Shown: positions 40,828-50,358, numbered from the stretch's first letter. The stretch: 58,682 nt of DNA from an uncultured Chloroflexia bacterium (GCA_963768655.1 CAVYIM010000002.1:1-58682); one strand, 5' to 3'. Program-made: numbers and translations. Notes: generated from the letters alone by a model not told the origin.

Positions 40828-42317
40828 CCGGCCGCCTCGCCATCCAGGGCAGGCCGGCCCCCCACTCCTTCGTACGAGCGATGCTCGCCACGCATGAGCG
40901 ACGCGACGGCCCCGAGGGCGCTGGCGACCACGCCGGCCAGGAATGCCAGGTGCAGGGCGTTGATGAACGGCCCTAGGCTGATCCCCTGGCCGCCGACCTG
41001 GGCGCCGGAGAAGACCGCCAGCAGAACCTTCGGGTCCATCGAAGCCGACACGAGGCCGATCGCCAGCGCGATCGACACCACGAACCCGCTCTGGGTCAGC
41101 ATCATCCGCGTGCCCGCCCCAACGCCTCGCTTTTCCGGCGGGACCACGCCCATGACGGCGCTCGTGTTGGGCGAGTTGAAGATGCCCGAGCCCGCTCCCA
41201 CGACCAGCTGCCAGAAGGCCAGCTGCCAGTAGGGCGTGTCGATCTGGAGCGTCATCAGCCCCGCCAGGCCCAGGCCCGTGATGACCATGCCCGCCGTCGC
41301 CAGTTCGCGCGAGCCATAGCGGTCGGCCAGCGCGCCGCTGATCGGCGAGAGCACGATCAACCCGATCGCCAGCGGCGCGAGCATGAGCCCGGCCGTGACC
41401 GGATCCTCGCCCCGGGCGCCCTGGAGGTAGAAGACCAGCAGGAACAACACGCCGTTGCGAGCGATCGAGTTCAGGAGGCCGGTCAGGTTGCCCATGGTGT
41501 AGAGCCGGTCGCGGAAGAGAGAAAGGTCCAGCAGCGGAGCTTGATGGTGCGCCTCGACCCACAGGAAGATCGGCGTCGCCACCAGGAAGGCGAGGAACCC
41601 GCCGACGACCCACCATGTCGTCCAGCCGTACACGCCCCCGAACGCCAGGGCCATCATCAGCCCCATCAGGCCGACGAAGTACAGCACCGAGCCGAGCCAG
41701 TCGATCTCGACGCGTCGAGCGCGCTGGACCTGCTCGACCAGGATCAGCCCGGCGGCGGCGACCCCGACGAGACCGATCGGCACGTTGAACCAGAAGATGG
41801 TCCGCCAGCCGTAACCGGTCAGCCAGCCACCGAGGATCGGGCCGAGGATCGCGCCCGCGCCGATGACCACGCCGTTGATGCCCAGGGCTTTGCCGAGCTC
41901 CGGACGCGGGAAAGCGTCGGTCACCAGGGCGATGGAGTTGGCCATGAGCAGCGCCCCGCCGATGCCCTGGACCAGGCGCCACAGGATCAGCTGGTTGGCA
42001 TCCGGCGCGACGGCGCACAGGACCGAGGCCGCTGTGAAGATGACAAAGCCGAGCGTGTACGAGCGCGCCCGGCCGACCATGTCGGCGATGCGTCCGGCGT
42101 TGAGCACCAGGACCGTCGCCACGAGCGTGTAGCCGACGACGATCCAGAGCAGGCTGAAGATGTCGGTGTGGAGGTCGTGCAGGATCTCGGGCAGGGCGAT
42201 GATGAGCGTGCCCGACGTCAGCGACGCCATCAGCGCGCCGACGCTGGTAACCGCCAGCACCCACCAGCGATAGTTCGCGGCGGCGGGGTCGATCGGGTGG
42301 CGCACGGGCCTCAACAC
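40824..42317 (-). CDS. DHA2 (EmrB/QacA-like) 14-TM MFS drug/H+ antiporter
   Basis: GRIADMVGR, RLVQGIGGA, GPILGGWL, WRTIFWFNVPIG, PLLDLSLFR, FNSPNTSAVM. Confidence 0.9.
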   Translation of the reverse strand: MLRPVRHPIDPAAANYRWWVLAVTSVGALMASLTSGTLIIALPEILHDLHTDIFSLLWIVVGYTLVATVLVLNAGRIADMVGRARSYTLGFVIFTAASVLCAVAPDANQLILWRLVQGIGGALLMANSIALVTDAFPRPELGKALGINGVVIGAGAILGPILGGWLTGYGWRTIFWFNVPIGLVGVAAAGLILVEQVQRARRVEIDWLGSVLYFVGLMGLMMALAFGGVYGWTTWWVVGGFLAFLVATPIFLWVEAHHQAPLLDLSLFRDRLYTMGNLTGLLNSIARNGVLFLLVFYLQGARGEDPVTAGLMLAPLAIGLIVLSPISGALADRYGSRELATAGMVITGLGLAGLMTLQIDTPYWQLAFWQLVVGAGSGIFNSPNTSAVMGVVPPEKRGVGAGTRMMLTQSGFVVSIALAIGLVSASMDPKVLLAVFSGAQVGGQGISLGPFINALHLAFLAGVVASALGAVASLMRGEHRSYEGVGGRPALDGEAAG

Positions 42318-42781
42318 GTTTCGCCCGCCCCGAGCTCGGCGATCCTCGCCACGGTCCGGGCGCGCCGGGCTTCGGTTTCGTCGACCATCGTCTGCAGGCG
42401 GCCGATCTTGCGCTGCAGCGTCTCGATCTGGCGCTCGAAGCTGGCCACTCGCTCGCACAGGATTCGCCTGCGCTCGTCCAGATCGGTCGTGGCGTGGAAC
42501 GCCGCGTGGCCTCGTTCTCGGGCCGCCTCGTCCTCGAGCAATTGGGCGATCTCGGCCAGAGAGAAGCCGGCGTCGTCGCGCAGGCCCTTGATGAAGCGCA
42601 AACGTTCGAGGTCCGTCTCGTCGTACAGGCGGTAGTCGCCCTCGGATCTGGCTGCGGGCTTCAACAGCCCGACCTCTTCGTAATAGCGCACCGAACGCGG
42701 GGTCAGCCCCACGTCCAGCGCCGCCTCGTGAATGCGCAGCAATCGGGCCGAATCAGTCGGCCGCTCGGTGGTCTCGGTCAT
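42311..42781 (-). CDS. MerR family transcriptional regulator
   Basis: RIHEAA..GLTPRSVRYYEEVGLL, YRLY, GFSLAEI, C-terminal coiled coil. Confidence 0.93.
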   Translation of the reverse strand: MTETTERPTDSARLLRIHEAALDVGLTPRSVRYYEEVGLLKPAARSEGDYRLYDETDLERLRFIKGLRDDAGFSLAEIAQLLEDEAARERGHAAFHATTDLDERRRILCERVASFERQIETLQRKIGRLQTMVDETEARRARTVARIAELGAGETC

Positions 42782-42787
42782 GGCGGC

Positions 42788-42822
42788 ATCGTACCTCAAC
42801 CTTGCCGCGCACGTGAAAGTTG
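42788..42822 (-). promoter_or_regulatory. MerR-type operator dyad with adjacent -10 element (leaderless)
   Basis: Imperfect dyad CAACCTT-N12-AAAGTTG at 42797-42822; TACGAT lies 6 nt before the ATG. Confidence 0.6.
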
Positions 42823-42855
42823 GGGCAGATGGGCCGTGGGCCGGGGCGACCGGGT

Positions 42856-45441
42856 CTAGGGATTCGTGATGATCGACGGCGCGTTCAGCACGACATGCCA
42901 GGTCAGACCGCCGTCGGTGGTCTCCATCAGCGCGTCGGGCGAGTCCGAGTAGCCGGGCGCCCGGACAAGCCAGCCCGTCGTGGCATCGACGTACGCGAAG
43001 TCGTGGACATACACGGGCGTCGGCGCGAGCTTCTTCCAGGTCTGCCCGAAGTTCGAGCTCTCCCAGAAGCTGGTGCCCGAGATCCCGATCAAGTTGGCGC
43101 CGGCGGTCCGCACGGTACCGATGGACACGCTACCGATGGACACGGTCGAGCCCGGAGCCTGCCAGGCAAGGTGCCAGGTGGCGCCGCCGTCGCTGGTCTC
43201 ATAGCGACCCAGGCTGCCATTGCCGTCCGGCAGATAGCTGAACTGGACGAGCAGTCGCCCGCTTCCGCCGGGCGTCAGCTCCATGGCCAGCGGCGACAGC
43301 CACACGGAGGTCCCCGATGGTGCCACGAGCGCCTGGGAGGTCCAGGTCCGGCCACCGTCGAAGGTGAGCTTCAGCAGCGGCGGACCCGATTCCTGGTCGG
43401 CGCCCGCCGCCATCGTGTAGGCGATGCCGTAGCCGATGGTCGAGCTGATCCACGTGATCGGTGTCGCATACGTCTTTGTGACCGGGCCCTGGAACGTCAA
43501 CCCGCCGTCGTCTGTGGTGAACGTGGCGCAGTCCACCACATCCTGACCGGCGAGGAGCGGTGGGCAGCTGGCGACAACGCCGTGCGTCGCGTCGACGAAG
43601 TGGGCCCACGTCCAGGTCGCGTCGGTCGCGTCGGTAGGTAGGTCGGTCGAAGTCCACGTCTCGCCGCCGTCAGATGTGCGGTACACGGGAGTCCGCGAGT
43701 AGACCCCTACCCCCGGATCCGGCGAACCCGATGAGACCAGCCAGCCGTGCTGGGCGTCGACGAACTGGATCGTGCCCGATGCCGGCAGCGAGCTGCCCGA
43801 GTCCCAGGTCTGGCCGCCGTCGGCCGTCCAGAACAGGCTCGTGCCGACGACAGCCCAGCCGTGAGTGGCATCGAGCCAGCCCGTGAGCGGCTCGGGCGTC
43901 CGATACGGCACTCCGACCGGGTTCATGCTGCAGCACGGCGGGACCGCCGGCGTGACCGGCGTCGGTGTAGCGCCGCCGGAGGGCTGCCAGAGCATCGGCC
44001 GCCACGTCACCCCGCCATCGGACGTGGCCATCAGGCGGTGGCAAGGGTGGAATCCCATGCCGGAGCCGAAGTAGTTAGCTGGCCCGCAGGTGTCGATCGT
44101 CACCCACGCGTTCGTGGCGGATTGAGCATGTGCCGACATCAGCATCCCAGTGGTTCCGGTTGGCACGAACGCGTAGAGGGCGGAGGCGGAATACACGGAC
44201 GTCTGCCCGTCGGGCCCCTCGAGAACGAGGCTCCCATAGGCGGATTGGACGCCCAGATCCGAGCCGGCTATCTTTCCGTACCCCGCGAGCGTTCCGGATC
44301 CCATGGCCGCGTCCATCTGGTCCTGCAAAGAAACGACGTCACTCAGCTGTTCGAAGCTGCCCAGCTTCCACGAGCGGCCCGCATCCGCGCTCGTCCAGGT
44401 GACCCAGGCTGAGGCGTTGGACGAGGTCTGGCTGGCGAAGCCATGGAGCACGAGGTTCCCCGATGTGCCGCTGGGCGCGGCGTCCTGGCCCTCGATGGAA
44501 TAGCCGGCCGGCAACGGCAGGGCCGCCGCTGCCCATGTCTTCCCGCCGTCGAGCGAGTGCACCAGGTCGCCGCTCTTGGAGTATCCCCAGCCTTCGGCTG
44601 CGGAGACAAAGTGGATGTCCCTGGGCGCGGTCGAGAGATTCGCGGTGTCGACCAGAGGCGACCAGGTGGCGCCGCCGTCCGTTGTCCCGTACAGCCACCA
44701 CACTCCTGAGTTGTTGACCAGCAGGAGCCAGCCGTGCTGGGCGTCGACCATGTCGAACTCGTATGTGTAGAACCCAGACTGATCGATGACGACCGCCCTG
44801 GTCCAGGTGAGGCCGCCGTCACTCGTCCGCAGGACGGTGTTCGTGTAGCCCCTGACTTCCGCGTCGGTCGTGACGGCCACGAAGGCCTGGAGCCTGTCCA
44901 CGAACTCGATCCCGGAGTGGCTGTAGGGATCGGTCCAGGGCACCTCCTGCTGCTTCCAGGCCAAACCGTCGTCATCGGTGACGTAGAGCGCGTCGGGTTG
45001 GCCGGTCGCGTTCCCGATGACCCAACCGAAGCTGGCGTCGAGCGCACCGTAGGAGCCGACGTCGACGGGCAACCCCGTCCAGGTGACCGAGGGCGTCGGG
45101 GTCTCCTGCGGCGAGACGGCCGGCGACGCGCTGACCGACGGCCCGGCCGACGCGCTGGCCGAGGGGCCGGCCGAGGGCGTCGCGGCGATAGGACCGCGGT
45201 TACCTCTCCAGAAGAGGCCTGCGACGACGATCGCGGCGATGCCCGCGGCAGCGGCCAGCCCGCCCAGGAAGCCCATGCGCTGGCGGAGGCGGGCCGCTCG
45301 CCGTGCCGTCCTGGGCGCAGGCGCCGACTCGTCGAGGCCCAGGCGCGCGACGTGCCCGAAGAGTCGATCGGGAGCGTCGCCGGGGACGATCCGCCGGCGG
45401 AGCTCATCGCGAAGCTTCAGCTCGAGTTCCTCGTCGTTCAT
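42856..45441 (-). CDS. Putative anti-sigma factor: short cytoplasmic N-terminus, one TM helix, two Asp-box (BNR/YCF48-like) beta-propellers
   Basis: MNDEELELKLRDELRR; TM GGLAAAAGIAAIVVAGLFW; about 13 [ST]xDGGxTW boxes split by a Pro/Thr linker; ATGA coupling to the ECF sigma. Confidence 0.75.
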   Translation of the reverse strand: MNDEELELKLRDELRRRIVPGDAPDRLFGHVARLGLDESAPAPRTARRAARLRQRMGFLGGLAAAAGIAAIVVAGLFWRGNRGPIAATPSAGPSASASAGPSVSASPAVSPQETPTPSVTWTGLPVDVGSYGALDASFGWVIGNATGQPDALYVTDDDGLAWKQQEVPWTDPYSHSGIEFVDRLQAFVAVTTDAEVRGYTNTVLRTSDGGLTWTRAVVIDQSGFYTYEFDMVDAQHGWLLLVNNSGVWWLYGTTDGGATWSPLVDTANLSTAPRDIHFVSAAEGWGYSKSGDLVHSLDGGKTWAAAALPLPAGYSIEGQDAAPSGTSGNLVLHGFASQTSSNASAWVTWTSADAGRSWKLGSFEQLSDVVSLQDQMDAAMGSGTLAGYGKIAGSDLGVQSAYGSLVLEGPDGQTSVYSASALYAFVPTGTTGMLMSAHAQSATNAWVTIDTCGPANYFGSGMGFHPCHRLMATSDGGVTWRPMLWQPSGGATPTPVTPAVPPCCSMNPVGVPYRTPEPLTGWLDATHGWAVVGTSLFWTADGGQTWDSGSSLPASGTIQFVDAQHGWLVSSGSPDPGVGVYSRTPVYRTSDGGETWTSTDLPTDATDATWTWAHFVDATHGVVASCPPLLAGQDVVDCATFTTDDGGLTFQGPVTKTYATPITWISSTIGYGIAYTMAAGADQESGPPLLKLTFDGGRTWTSQALVAPSGTSVWLSPLAMELTPGGSGRLLVQFSYLPDGNGSLGRYETSDGGATWHLAWQAPGSTVSIGSVSIGTVRTAGANLIGISGTSFWESSNFGQTWKKLAPTPVYVHDFAYVDATTGWLVRAPGYSDSPDALMETTDGGLTWHVVLNAPSIITNP

Positions 45442-45950
45442 GCCAGTGCCTCCAGGGCAGCGCGCAACTGCCGCATCGAGCTGTGGAGCCTCGATTTCAC
45501 GGTCCCGGCCGGTATCCCGAGACGTTCCGCAATGTCATCGACAGGCAGGTCGGTCCAGAACCGCAGGATGACCACGATCCGAAAGTCGGGATCGAGTGAG
45601 GCGAGGGCGCGGCCGAGCATGTCGCGGTCGAGCGTCGCCTGCGCCGGATCGACGTGCGGCTCTTCAACCATCGGGCTGGGGAGGCGTCGCAGCCGCGCCC
45701 GCTGCCGGAGCCTGTCGCGGCAGACGTTGACGAGGATGCGTCCGAACCAGGCCTCGAATCGGCCCGGGTCTCGAAGCGTCGCCCGCTGCCGCCACGCGGA
45801 CGTGAACGCATCCTGGGCCGCATCCTCGGCCTCCAGATCGTCGCCGAGAATGGCGAAGGCGAGACGGTACGCGGATTGAACCTGGCGCGCCGAGAGCCGC
45901 CGGAAGGCCTCCCCGGAGTCTTCGGCGACGGTTCCCGCTCCTGGTTCCAC
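45438..45950 (-). CDS. ECF sigma-70 factor
   Basis: AEDAAQDAF, FEAWFGRILVNVCRD, IAERLGIPAGTVKSRL. Confidence 0.94.
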   Translation of the reverse strand: MEPGAGTVAEDSGEAFRRLSARQVQSAYRLAFAILGDDLEAEDAAQDAFTSAWRQRATLRDPGRFEAWFGRILVNVCRDRLRQRARLRRLPSPMVEEPHVDPAQATLDRDMLGRALASLDPDFRIVVILRFWTDLPVDDIAERLGIPAGTVKSRLHSSMRQLRAALEALA

Positions 45951-45990
45951 CGTTCGAAATCCCCTCCGTAAGGCCGTTCATGCCCGATAT

Positions 45991-46015
45991 GACGCCAGGC
46001 CACTTCGTTTCGTTC
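45991..46015 (-). promoter_or_regulatory. Putative autoregulatory ECF promoter GAAC-N17-CGTC
   Basis: Minus strand reads GAAC gaaacgaagtggcctgg CGTC, about 40 nt upstream of the sigma start codon. Confidence 0.55.
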
Positions 46016-46118
46016 GCGACGTGGCCAGCCGCCTGCGGCCGGCCACCCGACCCTGCCAATTGTCGGTCTGCGCCCGGTGACAGGCTAGGTGTCACAGCGA
46101 GCCGCCAGAGTCTGGGCC

Positions 46119-47384
46119 ATGGAAAGCGCCAGGCTGGTCTCACTTCCATCGCAGCCGGGTCGACCGGCTTCCGTCAAGGTCGAATCGGATCGGCTCGTCG
46201 TCGAGCACCTGGTGTTGGACGACTCCGCTCTGGCGGCGTTCGTGGCCGACCGCCCGGCCGAGGAGCGAGCGCTCCTGGTCGAGCGTGCCCTGCGCGTCGG
46301 GCTGACCGCCATCCAGAGCGTCGGTGTCACCGTCAACGTGGACGCGGTCCGGGCCGAGTTCCAGGGGCTGCTGCGCCAGACCGAGGCCGCGAACGAGAGA
46401 GCGGCCACCGCCCTGGACATGATGCTGCGCCAGAACTTCGCCGACGGCGAGGGCAGGCTGCCCCGGACGCTGGAGCGATTCCTCGGCGACAAGGGCCAGC
46501 TGCGGAGCTTCGTCGACGAGCTGTTCGACGAGGCCAAGCGCGACAGCGCCATCGGCCGGATGAAGGTGCTGCTCGGCTCGTATTTCGACGGCGACGCCTC
46601 GCGGCTCGCCCAGCTGCTGGACCCGACGCGCCTGGGCTCGCCCCTGCACCAGTTCCGCCTCGAGATGTCCGACGGGTTCGCGAAGCTGAACGAACGGCTC
46701 GCGGCCATCGAGGCGGCCGGGGCGGCCCGCGCTTCCGAGCGGGCCAAGTCCGCGGCGAAGGGCGCGGATTTCGAGGACGTGGTCGAGGCCGTGCTCGGCG
46801 ACATCAGCCGCGGCGCGGGCGACATCCTCGAGCGGACCGGGACCGAGGCCGGCTCGGCCATCGGATCCAAGAAGGGCGACTTCGTCCTGACGCTGAACTC
46901 GGAGGCGGCGGCCGGGGCGGAGTTGCGGGTCGTGGTCGAGTGCAAGGACCGCTACGTGTCCGGCCGCAACATGCGCGACGAGCTGCGCGACGCCAAATCG
47001 AACCGCGACGCGGCCGTGGCCCTCGTGGTTTTCAGCCCCGCCCATGCCCCGGCCGGTATTGCCCCGTTCGACCTGCGGGCCGGCGACGTCTACTGCGTGG
47101 TGGACCCGGCCGCGCCGGACGCGGCCACGCTGGAGGCGGCGGTCCGGCTGGCCCGGCTGCTGGCCCTTCAGACGCTCCGCGAACGCGACGTCGAGGTGGA
47201 CGCCGCCGCGGTCGCCAAGGCCCTCAACGGCGTGCGCGAGCAGCTCGAGACGTTGCGCTCGCTCAAGCTGACCCTGACGTCGATCGGGTCGAGCGCCAGG
47301 GACGTCTACGCCGGCCTGGACAAGCTTCGGGACGGAATCCTCGCCCGCTTGACGGAGGCGGAGGCGGAGCTCCGGACGCGCTAG
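46119..47384 (+). CDS. Coiled-coil protein with PD-(D/E)XK nuclease-like C-terminal domain (RmuC/DUF2130-like architecture)
   Basis: KGADFEDVV (E), KKGDFV (D) and VVVECKD (ExK) follow a long helical region. Confidence 0.65.
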   Translation: MESARLVSLPSQPGRPASVKVESDRLVVEHLVLDDSALAAFVADRPAEERALLVERALRVGLTAIQSVGVTVNVDAVRAEFQGLLRQTEAANERAATALDMMLRQNFADGEGRLPRTLERFLGDKGQLRSFVDELFDEAKRDSAIGRMKVLLGSYFDGDASRLAQLLDPTRLGSPLHQFRLEMSDGFAKLNERLAAIEAAGAARASERAKSAAKGADFEDVVEAVLGDISRGAGDILERTGTEAGSAIGSKKGDFVLTLNSEAAAGAELRVVVECKDRYVSGRNMRDELRDAKSNRDAAVALVVFSPAHAPAGIAPFDLRAGDVYCVVDPAAPDAATLEAAVRLARLLALQTLRERDVEVDAAAVAKALNGVREQLETLRSLKLTLTSIGSSARDVYAGLDKLRDGILARLTEAEAELRTR

Positions 47385-47505
47385 CACCGCTGCCGGGCGG
47401 CGTGGTGAAACTGCCCGGCGCCGCCGCTCGACAACGCGACATAGCGCGCTATGCTCGCGCTTCGCGGGCCGCCGAGAAGGGCTCGCGGCTGCGAGGTGAA
47501 ATCCG

Positions 47506-48435
47506 ATGCCGCGTTCGATGTGGAAAGGTGCCATCCAGTTCGGGTTGGTCACCATCCCCGTCAAGATGTACCTGGCCACCGAGTCAAAGGGCGTCAGCTT
47601 CAACATGCTCCACGCCGCTTGCCGCGGCCGGATCCAGATGAAGACCTACTGCCCCACCGACGACGAGGTCATCGAGCGCAGCGACACCGTGCGCGGGTAC
47701 GAGGTGGCGCCGGACCAGTACGTCGTCATCACGGACGACGACCTCGCATCGGTCCCGCTCAAGACGGTCCGTTCCATCGAGATCGAGCAGTTCGTCGCGG
47801 TAGACTCCGCCGCCGAGGCCACCCGATTCGTCAAGCAGGCCTACTACCTGGAGCCGGAGCCGGTCGCCCGCAAGGCGTTCTTCCTGCTCAGGCAGGTCCT
47901 CGCCAAACAGCGTCTTCGGGCCGTGTGCAAGATCGTCCTGCGCGATCGCGAACAGCTCGCCGCCCTCGACCCGTTCTCCGGCACGATCATGCTCTCGACG
48001 CTCTACTGGCCCGATGAAGTCCGCTCGGTCGCGGACCTGGCGATTTCCGCGGATGACGCCGATGTCAGGCCCGGCGAGCTCGCTATGGCCGAGCAGCTGG
48101 TCGGCATGATGACCGGCGAGTTCGACCCGGCGGCCTACCGCGACGAGTACCGCGAAGCCCTCATGGCGATCATCGAGGCCAAGGCCGCCGGCGAGGAGAT
48201 CGCCGAGCCGGCCGCCCTGCCGGCCGCGAAGCTGACGGACCTGGTCGCGGCCCTGGAAGCGAGCGTGGCCGCGGCGAAGGTCGCCCGCCAGGCCGCCCCG
48301 GAGACGATGGCCGCTGCACCCGCTTCGGCGTCGGCGTCGAAGAAGTCGCGCAAGCCGGTCCCGGTGGGCGTACCGGTCATGGCCGAGCCGGACGAGGCCG
48401 AGGTCGTTCCGGCTCGCCGCCGCAAATCCGCCTGA
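47506..48435 (+). CDS. ku: Ku (NHEJ end-binding protein)
   Basis: RSMWKGAIQFGLVTIPVKMY, VRGYE, IEIEQFV, YYLEP, LYWPDEVR, FDPAAYRDEYRE, DLVAALEAS, basic C-terminal tail. Confidence 0.95.
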   Translation: MPRSMWKGAIQFGLVTIPVKMYLATESKGVSFNMLHAACRGRIQMKTYCPTDDEVIERSDTVRGYEVAPDQYVVITDDDLASVPLKTVRSIEIEQFVAVDSAAEATRFVKQAYYLEPEPVARKAFFLLRQVLAKQRLRAVCKIVLRDREQLAALDPFSGTIMLSTLYWPDEVRSVADLAISADDADVRPGELAMAEQLVGMMTGEFDPAAYRDEYREALMAIIEAKAAGEEIAEPAALPAAKLTDLVAALEASVAAAKVARQAAPETMAAAPASASASKKSRKPVPVGVPVMAEPDEAEVVPARRRKSA

Positions 48436-48532
48436 GGCCTGCCCGTCGGTCGACGGACCGCCGCGCCGATCGGCGTCGCCCCGGCGGCAGATCTCGCCCC
48501 GCAACAAGATTGCGGCCCGCTACTCTTCGCGC

Positions 48533-49204
48533 ATGAGCGGACACCCCTGGCCACTGTTCGACCTCCGGCTCCGTACGCCGCGCCTCGAGCTGCGCCTGCC
48601 CACGGACGACGACCTGCTCGAGCTGATGCGAGTCGCCCGCGAGGGCGTCGTCGAGGAGGGCCGGACATTCTTCATCGTGCCCTGGCACGAGCTCCCCTCC
48701 CCCGCCTTCGAACGCCAGTTCCTGCAGCACTGGTGGGCCATGCGCGGCAGCTGGAGCCCGACCAGCTGGACCCTCGGTCTGGCGGTTGTGGCGGGCGGCC
48801 AGCCAGTGGGCGTCCAGGACGTGACGGCCCGCGACTTCGCCGTCCGCAGGACGGTGGTGACCGGGAGCTGGTTAGGCCGAGCATTTCAGGGCCGCGGTTA
48901 CGGGACTGAGATGCGCGCCGCCGTGCTCACGCTCGCCTTCGAAGGGCTGGGCGCGGAGCGCGCGGAGTCGGGCTATTTCACGGGCAACGCCCCGTCGGCC
49001 CGGGTCTCGGCCAAGCTCGGATACGTCGACAACGGCGATCAGATCTTCTCTGTCGGTCGCGAGCGCGTGGTCGAGCATCGCCTGAAGCTGGGCCGCGACA
49101 CGTGGAAGCGCGATCTCGTGCCGGTCACGATCGAAAGCCTGGAACCGTGCCTCAAGCTTTTCGGCGTGGGCGACCTGGGCCCGACGGAGTGGCAGCCTCT
49201 CTAG
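48533..49204 (+). CDS. RimJ/RimL-type GNAT acyltransferase
   Basis: WPLFDLRLRTPRLELR, TGSWLGRAFQGRGYGTEMR, NAPSARVSAKLGY. Confidence 0.9.
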   Translation: MSGHPWPLFDLRLRTPRLELRLPTDDDLLELMRVAREGVVEEGRTFFIVPWHELPSPAFERQFLQHWWAMRGSWSPTSWTLGLAVVAGGQPVGVQDVTARDFAVRRTVVTGSWLGRAFQGRGYGTEMRAAVLTLAFEGLGAERAESGYFTGNAPSARVSAKLGYVDNGDQIFSVGRERVVEHRLKLGRDTWKRDLVPVTIESLEPCLKLFGVGDLGPTEWQPL

Positions 49205-49520
49205 CCGAGGACCGGAGCGAGCGCACCAAAGGGTGCGTGAGCGAGGACCGCAGGCGACAACGAAGGCATGGACCGCCGGCGACCCCTGCCGTCGCCGAGC
49301 CGGCGGTTCAGGCCGAGGCGGAGCCGAGGACCGGAGCGAGCGCACCAAAGGGTGCGTGAGCGAGGACCGCAGGCGACAACGAAGGCATGGACCGCCCGCG
49401 ACCCCTGCCGTCGCCGAGCCGGCGGTTCAGGCCGAGGCGGAGCCGAGGACCGGAGCGAGCGCACCAAAGGGTGCGTGAGCGAGGACCGCAGGCGACAACG
49501 AAGGCATGGACCGCCCGCGA
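49203..49520. repeat. Tandem array B: 119-bp unit x 2.7, homologous to array A
   Basis: Units start at 49203, 49322 and 49441 (partial); fills the convergent GNAT/bioY gap from the GNAT stop to 5 bp before the bioY stop. Confidence 0.96.
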
Positions 49521-49525
49521 GGCGA

Positions 49526-50191
49526 CTACCGGTCGTCCGCGCGACGTCCCACCAGCCACCACGCAGAGGGGAACAGCACCGCCGCGATGGCCAGCTTCAG
49601 GGCATCCCCGAGAACGAACGGCAGCAGCCCCTTCTGGATCGCCAGCTCGGGCGACAAATGGGCGGCGACGGCCAGCCACGGCACGCCGACCAGGTAGATC
49701 ACGATCTCGCCGATGACCATCGCGCCGACGGCACCGGGGATGTGGCGATCCCAACCGAGCTCGGCCAGCTTGCCGACGATGGCGGCGGCGAGGAGGAAAC
49801 CTATCAGGTAGCCGCCCGGCGCGCCCAGGACCAGCCCGCCATGTTCAACTGCCGCGATCGTCGAAATCCCGTGGGCGTGACCCGCATACACCGGCAGCCA
49901 GAACCCCAGCGCCAGGTAGAGGGCAACCGAGAGCGCGCCTCGCCGGAGTCCGAGCGCACCGCCGACCAGCAGGACGGCCAGCGTCTGGCCAGTGAACGGG
50001 ACGGGGTTGTCTGGCAACCAGATCGTCACGTTCGCGGTGAGGGCGATGAGGGCGGCGCCCACGCAGACCAGCGCGACGTGGCGAAGCCGGGCGCTCATTC
50101 GCTCGCCGACGCGGATCGGGACCAGGAAGTCGCCGATCGTGATGCCGCGTTCGGCGGCGGGGAGTCGATTCAGCGACGGGGTCGCGAGCAT
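49526..50191 (-). CDS. bioY: Biotin transporter BioY
   Basis: PVPFTGQTLAVLL, YLALG..LPVYAG, GGYLIGF, IYLVGVPWL, PFVLGDALK. Confidence 0.93.
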   Translation of the reverse strand: MLATPSLNRLPAAERGITIGDFLVPIRVGERMSARLRHVALVCVGAALIALTANVTIWLPDNPVPFTGQTLAVLLVGGALGLRRGALSVALYLALGFWLPVYAGHAHGISTIAAVEHGGLVLGAPGGYLIGFLLAAAIVGKLAELGWDRHIPGAVGAMVIGEIVIYLVGVPWLAVAAHLSPELAIQKGLLPFVLGDALKLAIAAVLFPSAWWLVGRRADDR

Positions 50192-50358
50192 TCTTGGTCT
50201 TCCCTGCAGTGGCAGCGCGGCCGGTGCTCGGACTCATCGTCCCGGTCCGAGGACCCGAGTGTAGCAGGCCGGGCGGCCGGGCGGCACAAGGTGTCGGGTG
50301 TCGCGTGTGGGGCGGCGCGTGGGCGGCGCACGAGCGCCTCTCACGCGGGCAGCCCGCG

